DNA from: Myxococcota bacterium
Lineage (GTDB): Bacteria > Myxococcota_A > UBA9160 > UBA4427
Direction: 5' to 3'
Assembly (NCBI GenBank): GCA_036336835.1
Contig: JAYZFK010000024.1
Coordinates: 1-64,000, forward strand
Length of the DNA: 64,000 nucleotides
Below the pieces are notes generated by a model. The model did not search any database. It was not told the DNA's origin and worked only from the letters and a program-made list of their open reading frames with translations. This document shows, piece after piece, positions 29,300 to 39,756 of this stretch. The stretch's first letter is position 1, and each line of letters starts with the position of its first letter. A program made the position numbers and the translations under genes.

Positions 29300-29632
29300 T
29301 CAGGGTCGGATCCGGTCTGCCATCTCGTCCAGCGCATCGGCGGCGGAATGGCGCGCTTCGGCCGAGGCGTCATTGGCCACCTGCGCGGCCGAGTCGGCGG
29401 CGGTCTCGGCTCGTTCGACTGCGGCATCGAGCGCCGACTCCGCGTGCTCGGTTACGTCGCGCGTGGCCTGCGTCAGCGCCTCGCCGACATCGGACGCGGC
29501 CTGCCCGAGCGTGTCACCGACCGCCCCGTGGATCGAGTCGTCCGCCGGTGTCGTGCGGCCGGCATCGTCACCCCCACACGCGAGTACGATCCCGATCGCG
29601 GACACGGCGAGTGCGGTTGCCCCTCGGCGCAT
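29300..29632 (-). CDS. Small Ala-rich hypothetical lipoprotein
   Basis: VLAC lipobox; amphipathic Ala/Asp/Glu-rich body; GAGGGAG upstream. Confidence 0.65.
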   Translation of the reverse strand: MRRGATALAVSAIGIVLACGGDDAGRTTPADDSIHGAVGDTLGQAASDVGEALTQATRDVTEHAESALDAAVERAETAADSAAQVANDASAEARHSAADALDEMADRIRP

Positions 29633-29781
29633 TGGCTCTCCCTCTGACGCGACGAGTCGCGACCTCGTCGACAGGTCCTGGCGGCAGTGTACGCCGCCCT
29701 CGGCCCGTGTCCCACGCGGGCCCCGGGGCTGACGCCGCGGGAAGCACGATCGCGAGCGTGGAACGCCTGGAAGCCGGCCCG

Positions 29782-31083
29782 TCAACTCGAGAAGAACGCA
29801 GCGAGCACTGCGATCATCGGCGCCACGTCGGCGGTACCGGCCATCTCGCGGCAGGAGTGCATCGACAGCATCGGGTTGCCGACGTCGACGGCGCGGACGC
29901 CGAGCCGGGCCGCCGTGATCGGGCCGATCGTCGAGCCGCAGGCCAGATCGCTGCGGCTCACGAAGTGCTGCGGCTCGACCCCGACCTCGGCGCACAGCGT
30001 TGCGAACAGCCCCGCACTCGCGGCATCGGTCGCGTAGGCCTGGTTCGCGTTCGTCTTGATCACGGGCCCGTGGCCGATCCGCGGCTGGTGACCCGGCTCG
30101 TGCCGGTCCGCGTAGTTGGGATGGACGGCGTGCGCCATGTCGACCGAGATCAACACCGACCGGGCGAGCGCCCGGGCGAGCCCCTGCGGCTCGCCGCCCT
30201 TGAACCCGGCGACGATGCGATCGAGCGCGTGCTCGAGCACCGGTCCGGCAGCGCCCTGCGCACTGCGGCTGCCGACCTCCTCGTGGTCGTAGAGCGCGAG
30301 CACCCGCGTCGCATCGGGTAGATCGAGCTCGCCCGCCTCGGCGAGCGACCGCAGCCCCGCGTGGCACGACGCCAGGTTGTCGAGTCGCGGCGCGTGGATG
30401 AACTCGCCGCGCGGGCCGGACACACCAGAGGTCTGCGAGTCGTACACCATCAGATCGAAGGCCAACACGCGTGCGTCGGTGCCTCGCGTCAGACCCTGCG
30501 CGCGCAGCTCGCTGGTGACCAGCTCGCGCAACGGCGGGGCGTCGCCCAGACCCATCACCGGGGCCAGGTGCTTCTGCGGGTTCAGCTTGAGGCCGTCGCG
30601 CGTGACGTCGCGGTCGAGGTGGATCGCCAGGCTCGGTATGCGGAGCAGCGGACGCGCAAAGTCGAGCAGCACCATCTGCACGCCATCGGCCGTGCGCAGA
30701 CTGACGCGTCCCGCGAGCGAGAGATCCCGATCGAGCCAGGTGTGCAGCAGCACGCCGCCGTACGGCTCGACGCCGAGCTGCTGATAGCCGTGGGCATCGA
30801 CGTCGGCGAGCGGCTTGAGGCGCAGATTCGGCGAGTCCGTGTGGGCACCGACGATGCGAAACCCGGCCTCGGAGGGCGGCTGCGCCCCGACCTCGAAGGC
30901 GATCAGACTCCCGCCGTTGCGTTCGAGGTAGCGCCGGTCGCCCGGTGCGAGCTCCCAGATCTCGTCCTCTCCGAGCTCCTGGTAGCCGGCCGCACGCAGG
31001 CGCGCGGCCGATTCCGCGACGACGTGATAGGGCGTCGGCGAGCGATCGATGAAGCTGATCAGGTCGGCGATCGGATCGGACAT
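29782..31083 (-). CDS. M18 family (aspartyl) aminopeptidase
   Basis: SPTPYH, GAHTDSP, RLDNL, DHEEVGS, DMAHAVHPNY, SMHSCRE. Confidence 0.95.
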   Translation of the reverse strand: MSDPIADLISFIDRSPTPYHVVAESAARLRAAGYQELGEDEIWELAPGDRRYLERNGGSLIAFEVGAQPPSEAGFRIVGAHTDSPNLRLKPLADVDAHGYQQLGVEPYGGVLLHTWLDRDLSLAGRVSLRTADGVQMVLLDFARPLLRIPSLAIHLDRDVTRDGLKLNPQKHLAPVMGLGDAPPLRELVTSELRAQGLTRGTDARVLAFDLMVYDSQTSGVSGPRGEFIHAPRLDNLASCHAGLRSLAEAGELDLPDATRVLALYDHEEVGSRSAQGAAGPVLEHALDRIVAGFKGGEPQGLARALARSVLISVDMAHAVHPNYADRHEPGHQPRIGHGPVIKTNANQAYATDAASAGLFATLCAEVGVEPQHFVSRSDLACGSTIGPITAARLGVRAVDVGNPMLSMHSCREMAGTADVAPMIAVLAAFFSS

Positions 31084-31344
31084 GGCCGCAGAATAGCGCC
31101 CACCGGGCTCGCTCCGGGCGCGCTCGGCGCCGAGCCCGGGACGGCGCGGAGCGCAGCGGAATCAGCGCAGCCAGCCGGCTCATGCCGGCCGGAAAGAGTG
31201 TCGTAAGTAACCGATTCAAATAAATTTTCTCATTATCGGAGCCGCTTTCCCGACCTGGCAGGCAAGCTCCCAGGCTGCACCAGGGCGCGAGATCACAGCG
31301 GACGTGCAACCATCCCGGCGACCCACCCCCCTTTGGAGAGCCGC

Positions 31345-31686
31345 ATGTTCGCTGCCACTTCACTGCGGAGCATCGCCGCGGCGGGGGCTGTTGCGCTGTC
31401 GCTCGCGGTTCCGGCACCCGCGCGGGGCGAGGAAGCCACCACGACGGGCGATTCGATGGTCGGCATCGCCTCGGCCGTCTGCACCCTGTTCTACACGCCG
31501 GTCAAGATGGTCTACGCGACCGGTGGCGTAGGCGTCGGGACCCTGGTCTGGCTGTTCAGCGCCGGGGACGCCGACTCGATGAACGCCGTGTTCAAGGCCG
31601 CGGGCGGCGGCGACTTCGTCGTCACCGAAGAGCACCTGCGCGGTCTCCGAGTGCTGCGCTTCTCGGGCCAGTCCAAGCGGACCTAG
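31345..31686 (+). CDS. Small exported hypothetical protein
   Basis: Signal peptide, GGAG RBS, YTPVKMVYA..GGDFVVT..HLRG. Confidence 0.7.
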   Translation: MFAATSLRSIAAAGAVALSLAVPAPARGEEATTTGDSMVGIASAVCTLFYTPVKMVYATGGVGVGTLVWLFSAGDADSMNAVFKAAGGGDFVVTEEHLRGLRVLRFSGQSKRT

Positions 31687-32291
31687 CCGTCCCGCCGGCC
31701 CCGGACCCCGAGAGACCGGGGCAGTGCCGACCCGGCATCGAGCAGCGCACGGGCCTTGCGCGCCAGGCGCAGCAGGCTCTCGTCGGCTGTCTCGTGGTCG
31801 ACGGCGTGCCATTCGAACCAGCGGAGATCGGTCGACTCCTCGCTGATCGCGAGTACCTGTCCCGCCCGCGCGCGGAGCAGGAAGCGCACGTCGTGGTGCT
31901 CGTGCTCGGGCTCGCCCCCGTGGGGCGGAATCGTGTGGATGTCGACGTCGACCACCGGACAGCCGTCTTCGGGCACCACGAACTCGAACTCACGCATCCC
32001 CGACTCCTCGCGGGCCTCGCGCAGGGCGACTGCGGCGACATCGGGGTCTCCGTCTGCGTGACCGCCGAGCTGGAGCCAGCGGCCGAGCTTGCGGTGGTGG
32101 GTGAGCAGGCAGCGCTGCCCGTCCTCGGTCACGATCCAGCTCGACGCGGTGATGTGGCCCGGTAGACAGCGCCGCCCGAAACAGCCTGCGTGCGCCTCGA
32201 CGAGGTCGCGAACGCGACCCACCTCGCCGGCCTCTTCAGGGTGCCGCTCCAGATAGTGGCCAAGCAGCGCGAGCAGCGGGCGGCGATGCAT
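31683..32291 (-). CDS. NUDIX hydrolase
   Basis: GHITAS, WLQLGGHADG..ALREAREESG, HHDVRFL. Confidence 0.93.
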   Translation of the reverse strand: MHRRPLLALLGHYLERHPEEAGEVGRVRDLVEAHAGCFGRRCLPGHITASSWIVTEDGQRCLLTHHRKLGRWLQLGGHADGDPDVAAVALREAREESGMREFEFVVPEDGCPVVDVDIHTIPPHGGEPEHEHHDVRFLLRARAGQVLAISEESTDLRWFEWHAVDHETADESLLRLARKARALLDAGSALPRSLGVRGRRDG

Positions 32292-32310
32292 CGGCGCAGG
32301 CTAGCTTCGG

Positions 32311-35265
32311 ATGGTGGCGGAGTCTGGCACCAGCACCCTGCGGGAGCTCGCCGAGCGAGCGCCGAGCTGCCACCGGGAGCTCGTCCGGGTGCTCGCGGCG
32401 GGACCCGAGCCGGAGCGCGCGGTCGGACGCGCGGAACGCATCCTGGCCGAGGCGCGCGGTACCGCGGACGGGACCGAGCGCGAAGCCGCCTTCGTGCGCG
32501 TGCTGGCGGCGACCTGCGCAACGGCGCCGTTCCTGGCCAGCTGGCTGACGCGGAACCCGGACTGGCTGTCGGCGCTCGCGGCCGAGGACTACGCCGGACC
32601 GCGGTTGCCCGAGCAGCTCGCAGAGCGGCTCGCAGCGGCCCGGAACGCCGCCGCAACCGACGATCCGAGCGTCTGGCTGCGCCGCTTCAAGTACTACGAG
32701 CTGGCCCGTATCACGGTCCGCGATACCTGGCCCGAGCGGCTCCCGCTCGAACGCAGCGCCGAGACCCTGACCGAGCTGTCTGCACTCGCCGACGCGCTCC
32801 TGGCCGAGGCCGAGCGTGGCGCGCGCCGCGGGATCGAGGCGAGTCTCGGGGCCCCCCGCTTCCGCGACGCGGCGGGCCGGGAGCGCGAACTCGGCTTCTG
32901 CGTCCTCGGGCTCGGCAAGCTCGGCTCGGCCGAGCTCAACTACTCGTCGGACGTCGATCTCGTTTACGTCTACGAGTCTCCGCCCGACGGCGTCGCGCAC
33001 AGCGGCCCGAGCGGGGTGTCGCCGGTCGAATACTTCTCGCGGCTCGCGCAGCGGTTTGGCGCGATCGTCACGGACCACAGCGACGAGGGCTTCCTGTACC
33101 GCATCGACCTCGACCTGCGGCCCGAGGGCGCGCAGTCGCCGATCGTGGTCTCGCGCGCCGCGCTCGCCGGCTACTACGAGGGCTGGGCCGACACCTGGGA
33201 GAAGGCCGCCTTCATGAAGGCGCGACCGGTGGCCGGCGACCTCGAGCTCGGCTGGCGCTGCATTCGCGACCTGGCACCCATGATCTACCGCTCGTCGATG
33301 GACTTCGAGGGTGTGCGCGGCATCCGCCGGCTCAAGGATCGGATCGAGGCGGAGCATGGAATCGAGACGGCGGGCTTCGACGTCAAGATTGGTGCGGGCG
33401 GCATCCGCGACGTCGAGTTCGTGAGCCAGGCCCTCCAGCTGCTGCACGGCGGGCGGATGCCTCAGCTGCGCGAGCGCTCGACCCTGCGCACGCTCGAGCA
33501 GCTCTCGGCACTCGGACTGCTCAGCGACCGCGCGCAGCAGGATCTGACGACGTCGTACCGCTTCCTGCGACGGATCGAGAACCGGCTGCAGATGGAGCAC
33601 GAGCAGCAGACGCACCGGGTGTCGGTCGCGGACGAGGCCCGCGAGCGATTGGCGCGCGCCGCCGGCTACACCGGGACGGCCGACAGCGCGCTCGCGAGGT
33701 TCGACCGGGACCTCGCCGCGCACCGCGAACGCACGCGCTCGATCTTCGCGGGTCTGCTGCCCGAAGCGCCTGGCGAGCGCGCACTCGACCTGTTCGTGCG
33801 GGGCGCGCCGAGCCTGGTCGCGCTGCCGACGACTCGGGGCATGATCGAGGAGCTCGCCGAGCACTTTGGCGGCGCCCTCGAGACCGCAACCAGCCCGGAA
33901 CGAGCGCTCAACAACCTCGCCCGCTTCGCCGAGGTCATCGGCGGCCATCGGTCGTACTACCAGCTGTTGCTCGATCGTCCCGAGCTGGTCGACCGCCTGG
34001 TCGCCCTGTTCGACAGTTCGAACTACCTCTCGGGGCTCCTGTCGGCGAACCCCAGACTGATCGAGCCGGTGTTCTCGGACCCGAGCGTGCTGCTGCTCGG
34101 ACGCGCCGAGCTCGAGCGCGACCTGGCGGCCCTGCGAAGCGAGCGGGTCGAGGCCCTCGGCGACGAACAGGGCGGGCTCGACGCGCTGCGCGGCTTCCAA
34201 CGCCGACAGGTGATCAACGTCGGGCTGCTCGACGTCTCGGGCCGCGCGAGCCCGGTCGAGGTCGCGACCGCCCTGACCGAGATCGCCGAGGTCTGCGCGT
34301 GCGGCGCGCTCGAGCTCGCGGAGTCCCAGCTCGCGACGCGACGTGCTCGCCTGGCCGCCGCCGATTCCCTGTGCTTCCTGATCGTCGGCATGGGCAAGCT
34401 CGGCTCTCGCGAGCTCGGCTACGGCAGCGATCTCGACGTGATCTTTCTCTACGACACCGCGGGCAGCGCGCCCGCGGCGCGCATGGAGGCGGCTGAGCAC
34501 GCGGTGCGGCTGGCCCAGCGCTGGATCGGCGCGCTGCAGACGACGACTGGCGAGGGCAGCTGCTACGAGATCGATGCGCGACTTCGCCCGTCCGGAAACC
34601 AGGGCGTACTCGTGACCTCGCTGCAGGGCTTCGGCGACTATCATCGTGGCGAAGCACAGCGCGCCCAGGTCTGGGAACGCCAGGCACTGCTGCGCGCTCG
34701 GCCGATCGCCGGCGATCCGGAGTTGATGCAACGCTTCGACACGATGCGGCGAGAGGTACTTGGTCGGCCGCTCGACGCCTCGACCCGCGACGAGATCCAC
34801 CGCGTCCGAATGCGCATGGAAGAGGAGCTGGCGCGCGAGGGGCAGAGCCGTCGCGACTTCAAGACCGGACGCGGGGGTGTGCTCGACGTGGAGAGCGTCG
34901 TCCAGTACCACCAGCTGATGGCCGCGGAGACGCACCCCGAGCTGTGCGACACACTGCCGCTGCCCGATCAGCTGGAACGACTCGAGGCGCTGGGCCTGCT
35001 CGCGCCCAGCCACGCCGACACGTTGAGGCGCGGCTGGGCCTTCCTGAGCGAGCTGAGCCGGCGGCTGCGCATCGTCGAGAACCGGTCCATCTCGGACCTC
35101 GATTCCGAGCGGGGCGACCTCGAAGGAATCGCCCTGCGCATGGGGCACCCGCCGAGCCGTCGCGACGGCGGCCCGCGACGCGCGCTGCTGGCCCGGTATC
35201 GCCGCCACACCGAAGCGATCCGGCAGGTCTACCTCGCGACGTTCGCCCCCCGCGCGATGCGCTAG
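32311..35265 (+). CDS. glnE: Bifunctional glutamine synthetase adenylyltransferase/adenylyl-removing enzyme
   Basis: Two NT domains: GKLGSAELNYSSDVDL/DLRPEG and GKLGSRELGYGSDLD/DARLRPSG; start may be GTG 32314. Confidence 0.96.
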   Translation: MVAESGTSTLRELAERAPSCHRELVRVLAAGPEPERAVGRAERILAEARGTADGTEREAAFVRVLAATCATAPFLASWLTRNPDWLSALAAEDYAGPRLPEQLAERLAAARNAAATDDPSVWLRRFKYYELARITVRDTWPERLPLERSAETLTELSALADALLAEAERGARRGIEASLGAPRFRDAAGRERELGFCVLGLGKLGSAELNYSSDVDLVYVYESPPDGVAHSGPSGVSPVEYFSRLAQRFGAIVTDHSDEGFLYRIDLDLRPEGAQSPIVVSRAALAGYYEGWADTWEKAAFMKARPVAGDLELGWRCIRDLAPMIYRSSMDFEGVRGIRRLKDRIEAEHGIETAGFDVKIGAGGIRDVEFVSQALQLLHGGRMPQLRERSTLRTLEQLSALGLLSDRAQQDLTTSYRFLRRIENRLQMEHEQQTHRVSVADEARERLARAAGYTGTADSALARFDRDLAAHRERTRSIFAGLLPEAPGERALDLFVRGAPSLVALPTTRGMIEELAEHFGGALETATSPERALNNLARFAEVIGGHRSYYQLLLDRPELVDRLVALFDSSNYLSGLLSANPRLIEPVFSDPSVLLLGRAELERDLAALRSERVEALGDEQGGLDALRGFQRRQVINVGLLDVSGRASPVEVATALTEIAEVCACGALELAESQLATRRARLAAADSLCFLIVGMGKLGSRELGYGSDLDVIFLYDTAGSAPAARMEAAEHAVRLAQRWIGALQTTTGEGSCYEIDARLRPSGNQGVLVTSLQGFGDYHRGEAQRAQVWERQALLRARPIAGDPELMQRFDTMRREVLGRPLDASTRDEIHRVRMRMEEELAREGQSRRDFKTGRGGVLDVESVVQYHQLMAAETHPELCDTLPLPDQLERLEALGLLAPSHADTLRRGWAFLSELSRRLRIVENRSISDLDSERGDLEGIALRMGHPPSRRDGGPRRALLARYRRHTEAIRQVYLATFAPRAMR

Positions 35266-36650
35266 AACGGCAAGCCGAAGCGCGCGGTCAGGATGATGTC
35301 CTCGTCGGAGAAGCCGACGTCGATGCGGAACGGGGCCTGCCGCTCGAGTGTGAAGCGCAGCCCGACGCCGTAGCTCTGGTGGACCCTGGCGTGGAACAGG
35401 CCCGAGCCGCTCCCGGCCACACTGCCCAGCTCGTACCACGCCGCCAGACCGACGCGTTCGACCCGGAGCGCTCGCGTGAACGGGATCGGGAAGCCGCGCG
35501 GCAGCACCCAGAAGCGGTACTCGGCGGCGCCCCACCACAGCGAGTCGTCGGTGAAGCGATTGGCGATGAAGCCGCGCATGCGCGAGTCGCCGCCCAGCGC
35601 GTTGAGCCAGAAGAAGGGCAGCTCGCCACTGGTGAGATCGACATCGAGGGCAAACGCGAGTGTGTCGGTCGGCGGATGCTCCTCATCGCCGACAGCGCCG
35701 CGGTGAAACAGCCCAGGCAGCGGGAGCACGAAGCGGCCGAAACTGGCATAGCGAACGCCGACGTCTCCGCCGTTCTGCAGCAAAGCCGCCTCGATCAGCG
35801 TTCCCAGCATCCAGCCCCGATACGGATTCGCCTGACTGTCGCGCGTGTCATAGCGCACGCCCCAGTAGAGCCAACCGAGGTTGGAATGCTCGGCCTCGGC
35901 AAACTCGGACAGCGCCGCTGGAGAGCTGAACAACGGGTCGTTCATCGAGGGAAAGCGCTTGCCGCTGCCGAGCTCGTGGAACTCGCCGCGAATGCCGCCC
36001 GCCAGGATCAGGTCGTCGCCGGCCTCGGGCCACGACAGCTCCATCGCCAGGTCGACCTCGAAGAATTCGTCGGTGTAGCTCGTCTCGTCGAACTCCGTGG
36101 TATCGGGACCCAGGCCGAAGAAGCGAACCGTCCGAGCCTTGTGGTAGCCGAGCCGGGCGCGGACGCGGCTGCGCTCCTCCTGGAAGACCCCGCCGCCTTC
36201 CCGGTCGCGGTGGTTGAGCCAGCGCTGCCAGATCATCGAGTAGCTCTGCTCGCCCTCGGTCGAATAGGAGAGGAAGATGCCGGCGAACTCGCGCCTCCGT
36301 TGCTGTCGGAAGTCGATGTCGGTGATCGCGATGCCAAAGCTGGTGCCGACGTCCTTGTCCTGCGCCACGAAGGGCGCGATGAACGAGGTCACCAGGAAGC
36401 GCTCGAACAGGTTGCCGGGCTTGATCCGGCCTTCCGGGATGTAGCGCCAGCGCTCGGGGTGGGGCATGTCCGTAGGACGCACGATGTTCGGGATCCGGCC
36501 GTCCTGATCGATCCCGGCAAACGGGTCGTACTCGGCCGGCGTCTCGGGGGGGAGATTGCCCGCTGGACGAACGGCCTGCTCGGCGCCGCTCGGCGCCGCC
36601 AGCGCGAGCCCGGCCAACGCGATCCCTGCCAGCGTTCGCGATCCGCGCAC
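35262..36650 (-). CDS. Omp85/BamA-TamA-family beta-barrel protein without evident POTRA domains
   Basis: RYDTRDS..P..G, LGGDSRMRGF, SYGVGLRF, C-terminal F. Confidence 0.85.
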   Translation of the reverse strand: MRGSRTLAGIALAGLALAAPSGAEQAVRPAGNLPPETPAEYDPFAGIDQDGRIPNIVRPTDMPHPERWRYIPEGRIKPGNLFERFLVTSFIAPFVAQDKDVGTSFGIAITDIDFRQQRRREFAGIFLSYSTEGEQSYSMIWQRWLNHRDREGGGVFQEERSRVRARLGYHKARTVRFFGLGPDTTEFDETSYTDEFFEVDLAMELSWPEAGDDLILAGGIRGEFHELGSGKRFPSMNDPLFSSPAALSEFAEAEHSNLGWLYWGVRYDTRDSQANPYRGWMLGTLIEAALLQNGGDVGVRYASFGRFVLPLPGLFHRGAVGDEEHPPTDTLAFALDVDLTSGELPFFWLNALGGDSRMRGFIANRFTDDSLWWGAAEYRFWVLPRGFPIPFTRALRVERVGLAAWYELGSVAGSGSGLFHARVHQSYGVGLRFTLERQAPFRIDVGFSDEDIILTARFGLPF

Positions 36651-36690
36651 GCCCCCCCCGATCGCGCCGGAGTCTAGCCGAGCGAGTCGG

Positions 36691-38061
36691 CTACGGCGCC
36701 GCCGTGCGCGTGGGCTCCCGCATCGTCACCAGCTCTTCCGCGGCAGTGGGATGAATGCCGATCGTCGCGTCGAACTGCGCCTTGGTCGCATCACACTTGA
36801 GCGCGACGCCGAACCCCTGGATGATCTCACCGGCATCGGGACCGAGCATGTGGACCCCGAGCACGCGATCGGTCTGCGCATCGACGAGCAGCTTCATGTG
36901 CGTCTGCTCGTCGCTTCCAGTGAGCGTGTCCCGAAGCGCCCGGAAGCTCGACGTATAGACGTCGACGCGGTGGCCGCGCCCGAGCGCCTCGGACTCCGTG
37001 AGACCGACCGTGCCGATCGGCGGCTGGCTGAACACCGCGGAGGGGACGTCGCGGTGGTCGGGCGAGGTCGGCTGGCCGCCGTAGAGGGTGCGCGCCAGGC
37101 ACATCGCCTCGTGGATCGCGACGGGCGTCAGCTGGATGCGATCGGTCACGTCGCCGATCGCGTAGATGTTCGGCAGCGTGGTGCGCGAGTACTCGTCGAC
37201 CTCGATCTCACCGCGGGCGCCGAGCGCGACACCCGCCTTCTCGAGGCCGATGTCGCGCGTGTTCGGGACTCGCCCCGTCGCAAAGAAGACCTGATCGGTG
37301 TCGAGCGTCGAGCCGTCCGTGAGGGTTGCGCGCCGGCGCCCTGCGTGCTCCTCGATCGCCGTGACGTTGGTGTCGAAGCGCAGATCGATGCCCTTCTGGC
37401 GCATCTCCTCGGCCAGCCAGACCCGCACGTCCTGGTCGAAGCCTCGCAGGAACAGGGGGCCGCGATACAGCTGCGTCACGCGGGTCCCGAGCCCGCGGAA
37501 TATCCCGGCGAACTCGACGGCGATATAGCCACCGCCGACGATCGTGATGTGCTCGGGCAGCGCCTCGAGATAGAAGGCCTCGTTCGAGGTGATCGCGAGC
37601 TCGCGACCCGGGATGTCGGGCACTCGCGGCCAGCCCCCGGTCGCCACCAGGATCGTCTCGGCGCTGACCAGGCGCTCGCCGACTCGGACCTCGTGCGGGC
37701 CTTCGAGCACGGCGCGCCCCTCGATCAGGCTCACGCCCGCGCTCTCGAGCAGCCTGCGATAGATCCCGTTCAGACGCAGGATCTCGGTGTCCTTGTTGGC
37801 GATCAGCCTCGGCCAGTCGAAGCCGGGCCGGCCAAGCGTCCAGCCGTAGCCGCGCTCGGCCGCCTCGAAATCAGCCGAGAAGTGCGAGGCGTAGACCAGC
37901 AGCTTCTTCGGGATGCAGCCCACGTTGACGCACGTGCCACCGAGCGGCCGGTCCTCGGCGCAGGCCACCCGGGCGCCCAGCGAGGCACAGACGCGGCTCG
38001 CTCGCACGCCGCCTGAGCCCGCCCCGATCACGAACAGGTCGAAGTCGTAGGTTTCCGACAT
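36691..38061 (-). CDS. gor: Glutathione-disulfide reductase
   Basis: [41 protein letters not shown]. Confidence 0.96.
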   Translation of the reverse strand: MSETYDFDLFVIGAGSGGVRASRVCASLGARVACAEDRPLGGTCVNVGCIPKKLLVYASHFSADFEAAERGYGWTLGRPGFDWPRLIANKDTEILRLNGIYRRLLESAGVSLIEGRAVLEGPHEVRVGERLVSAETILVATGGWPRVPDIPGRELAITSNEAFYLEALPEHITIVGGGYIAVEFAGIFRGLGTRVTQLYRGPLFLRGFDQDVRVWLAEEMRQKGIDLRFDTNVTAIEEHAGRRRATLTDGSTLDTDQVFFATGRVPNTRDIGLEKAGVALGARGEIEVDEYSRTTLPNIYAIGDVTDRIQLTPVAIHEAMCLARTLYGGQPTSPDHRDVPSAVFSQPPIGTVGLTESEALGRGHRVDVYTSSFRALRDTLTGSDEQTHMKLLVDAQTDRVLGVHMLGPDAGEIIQGFGVALKCDATKAQFDATIGIHPTAAEELVTMREPTRTAAP

Positions 38062-38096
38062 GCGCCAGATTCTAGCCGGCGCTATCTGGTAACTGC

Positions 38097-38981
38097 GTGA
38101 GCGATCCGACCCATCGAATTCCGGCCCTGGTCGTCTCGGGCTTCCTCGGCTCCGGCAAGACGTCGCTGGTGCGCTACGTGCTCGAATCGGCGCAGCGCGA
38201 CGGAGTGCGCGTGGCGATCGTGTCGAACGAGATCGGCGAGCTCGGGATCGATCGGGCGCTGCTCGGCGGTGGTGGCGAGGCCTTCGTCGAGCTCGAGGGC
38301 GGCTGCGTGTGCTGCGAGCTCTCCGATGACCTGGTCGACACCATGCAGCGTCTGTACGACGAGGTGCGGCCGGAGCGGATCGTGATCGAGACCTCGGGTG
38401 CCGCCCTTCCCTTCGACACCACGCTCAACTTCTGGCGCGAGCCCGTCAGCCAGTGGGTGGGAGACGACATGGCGATCGTCGTCGTGAACGCGGAGCAACT
38501 GCGCGAAGGGCGCGACCTCGAGGGCACGTTCGCGGACCAGGTGCACTCGGCCGACCTGCTGGTGCTCAACAAGGTCGACCTGGTGGCGGCCGACGAGCTC
38601 GACGGGCTCGAGACGCGGCTCCGGGCGATCGAGGAGGAGGCGCCGATCGTGCGCGCGGTGCGCGGCAGGATCGAGCTGGGACTGCTGTTCCCGCCCGACG
38701 CGAGCGCGCCCGATCGCAGCGGTCCTGCACCGCAGCGCCCGGAGCATCACCACGAGCACTTCGCGACCGAGATCTGGTCCGTCCCGCCCGGCACGAGCCG
38801 CGAGACGCTCGAGGCGAAGCTCAGCGACAACGCGGCGCTGCTACGCGCGAAGGGCTTCGTCGAGCTCGACGGCCAGCTCTGCCTGGTGCAGCTGGTCGGG
38901 CACCGGCTCGAGATCGAGCCGACCGAGCTGGTCCCCCCCACGGGCGCGCGCGGCAAGCTGGTGCTGATCGAGCGCGCCTAG
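38097..38981 (+). CDS. COG0523/CobW-family metallochaperone GTPase
   Basis: [23 protein letters not shown], short His patch, RAKG. Confidence 0.92.
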   Translation: MSDPTHRIPALVVSGFLGSGKTSLVRYVLESAQRDGVRVAIVSNEIGELGIDRALLGGGGEAFVELEGGCVCCELSDDLVDTMQRLYDEVRPERIVIETSGAALPFDTTLNFWREPVSQWVGDDMAIVVVNAEQLREGRDLEGTFADQVHSADLLVLNKVDLVAADELDGLETRLRAIEEEAPIVRAVRGRIELGLLFPPDASAPDRSGPAPQRPEHHHEHFATEIWSVPPGTSRETLEAKLSDNAALLRAKGFVELDGQLCLVQLVGHRLEIEPTELVPPTGARGKLVLIERA

Positions 38982-39059
38982 CAGGCGGCGCAAGCGCCCC
39001 GGTCGGTATTTCCGCCAATCCGGCCGGCCTCCGCGCGGCGCAGCGAGCCGGGCTCGCCG

Positions 39060-39731
39060 CTACGACCGCCGGGTCGGTGCCTTGCGCCGGGCCTCTCCGA
39101 GGATCCGCTTCTTGCTGGCCGCCCAGCCGCAGATCCGGCAGCTCGCCAGGTCGTGACCGCGCGCCGGGCAGTGCTCGCGGCCGAAGTAGATGATCTGGAG
39201 ATGAGCGCGGCCCCAGGACTCGGGCGGGAACAGCTTCTTCAGGTCGTGCTCGGTCCGTTCCACCGACTTGCCACTCGACAGGCCCCAGCGGGCGGCGAGG
39301 CGGTGGATGTGCGTATCGACGGGGAAGGCGGGCAGCCCGAAGGCCTGCGTCATCACCACGCTCGCGGTCTTGTGCCCCACGCCGGGCAGCGCCTCGAGCT
39401 CCTCGAAGGTTCGCGGCACGACCCCGTCGTGCTGATCGACCAGGATCTGCGACAGGCCGCGGATCGCCTTCGACTTCTGGGGCGACAAGCCGCAAGGCTT
39501 GATGATCGCACGGATCTGCGCCGCGCTGAGCTTCGCCATGGCGAACGGATCGTCGGCCCGGGCGAACAGCTTCGGCGTCACCTGGTTCACCCGCTCGTCG
39601 GTGCACTGCGCCGACAGCAGGACCGCAACGAGCAGCGTGTACGGATCGACGTGTTCGAGCGGGACCGGCGGAAGCGGATACAGCTCCTCGAGAATCTTCC
39701 GGATCCGCTCGGCCTTCTCGGCGCGGGTCAT
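39060..39731 (-). CDS. nth: Endonuclease III
   Basis: LLSAQCTD, LPGVGHKTA, VDTH, C-terminal Fe-S ligand region. Confidence 0.94.
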   Translation of the reverse strand: MTRAEKAERIRKILEELYPLPPVPLEHVDPYTLLVAVLLSAQCTDERVNQVTPKLFARADDPFAMAKLSAAQIRAIIKPCGLSPQKSKAIRGLSQILVDQHDGVVPRTFEELEALPGVGHKTASVVMTQAFGLPAFPVDTHIHRLAARWGLSSGKSVERTEHDLKKLFPPESWGRAHLQIIYFGREHCPARGHDLASCRICGWAASKKRILGEARRKAPTRRS

Positions 39732-39756
39732 GGCGCGCGACGATACCCTCACCCGC

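Noticed and set aside
32236..35538. 1100-aa minus-strand ORF and many other long overlapping ORFs (e.g. 22660-25047, 39153-41390, 47473-49824)
   Set aside because: Antisense or off-frame shadows of recognisable genes, expected in high-GC DNA; no family motifs
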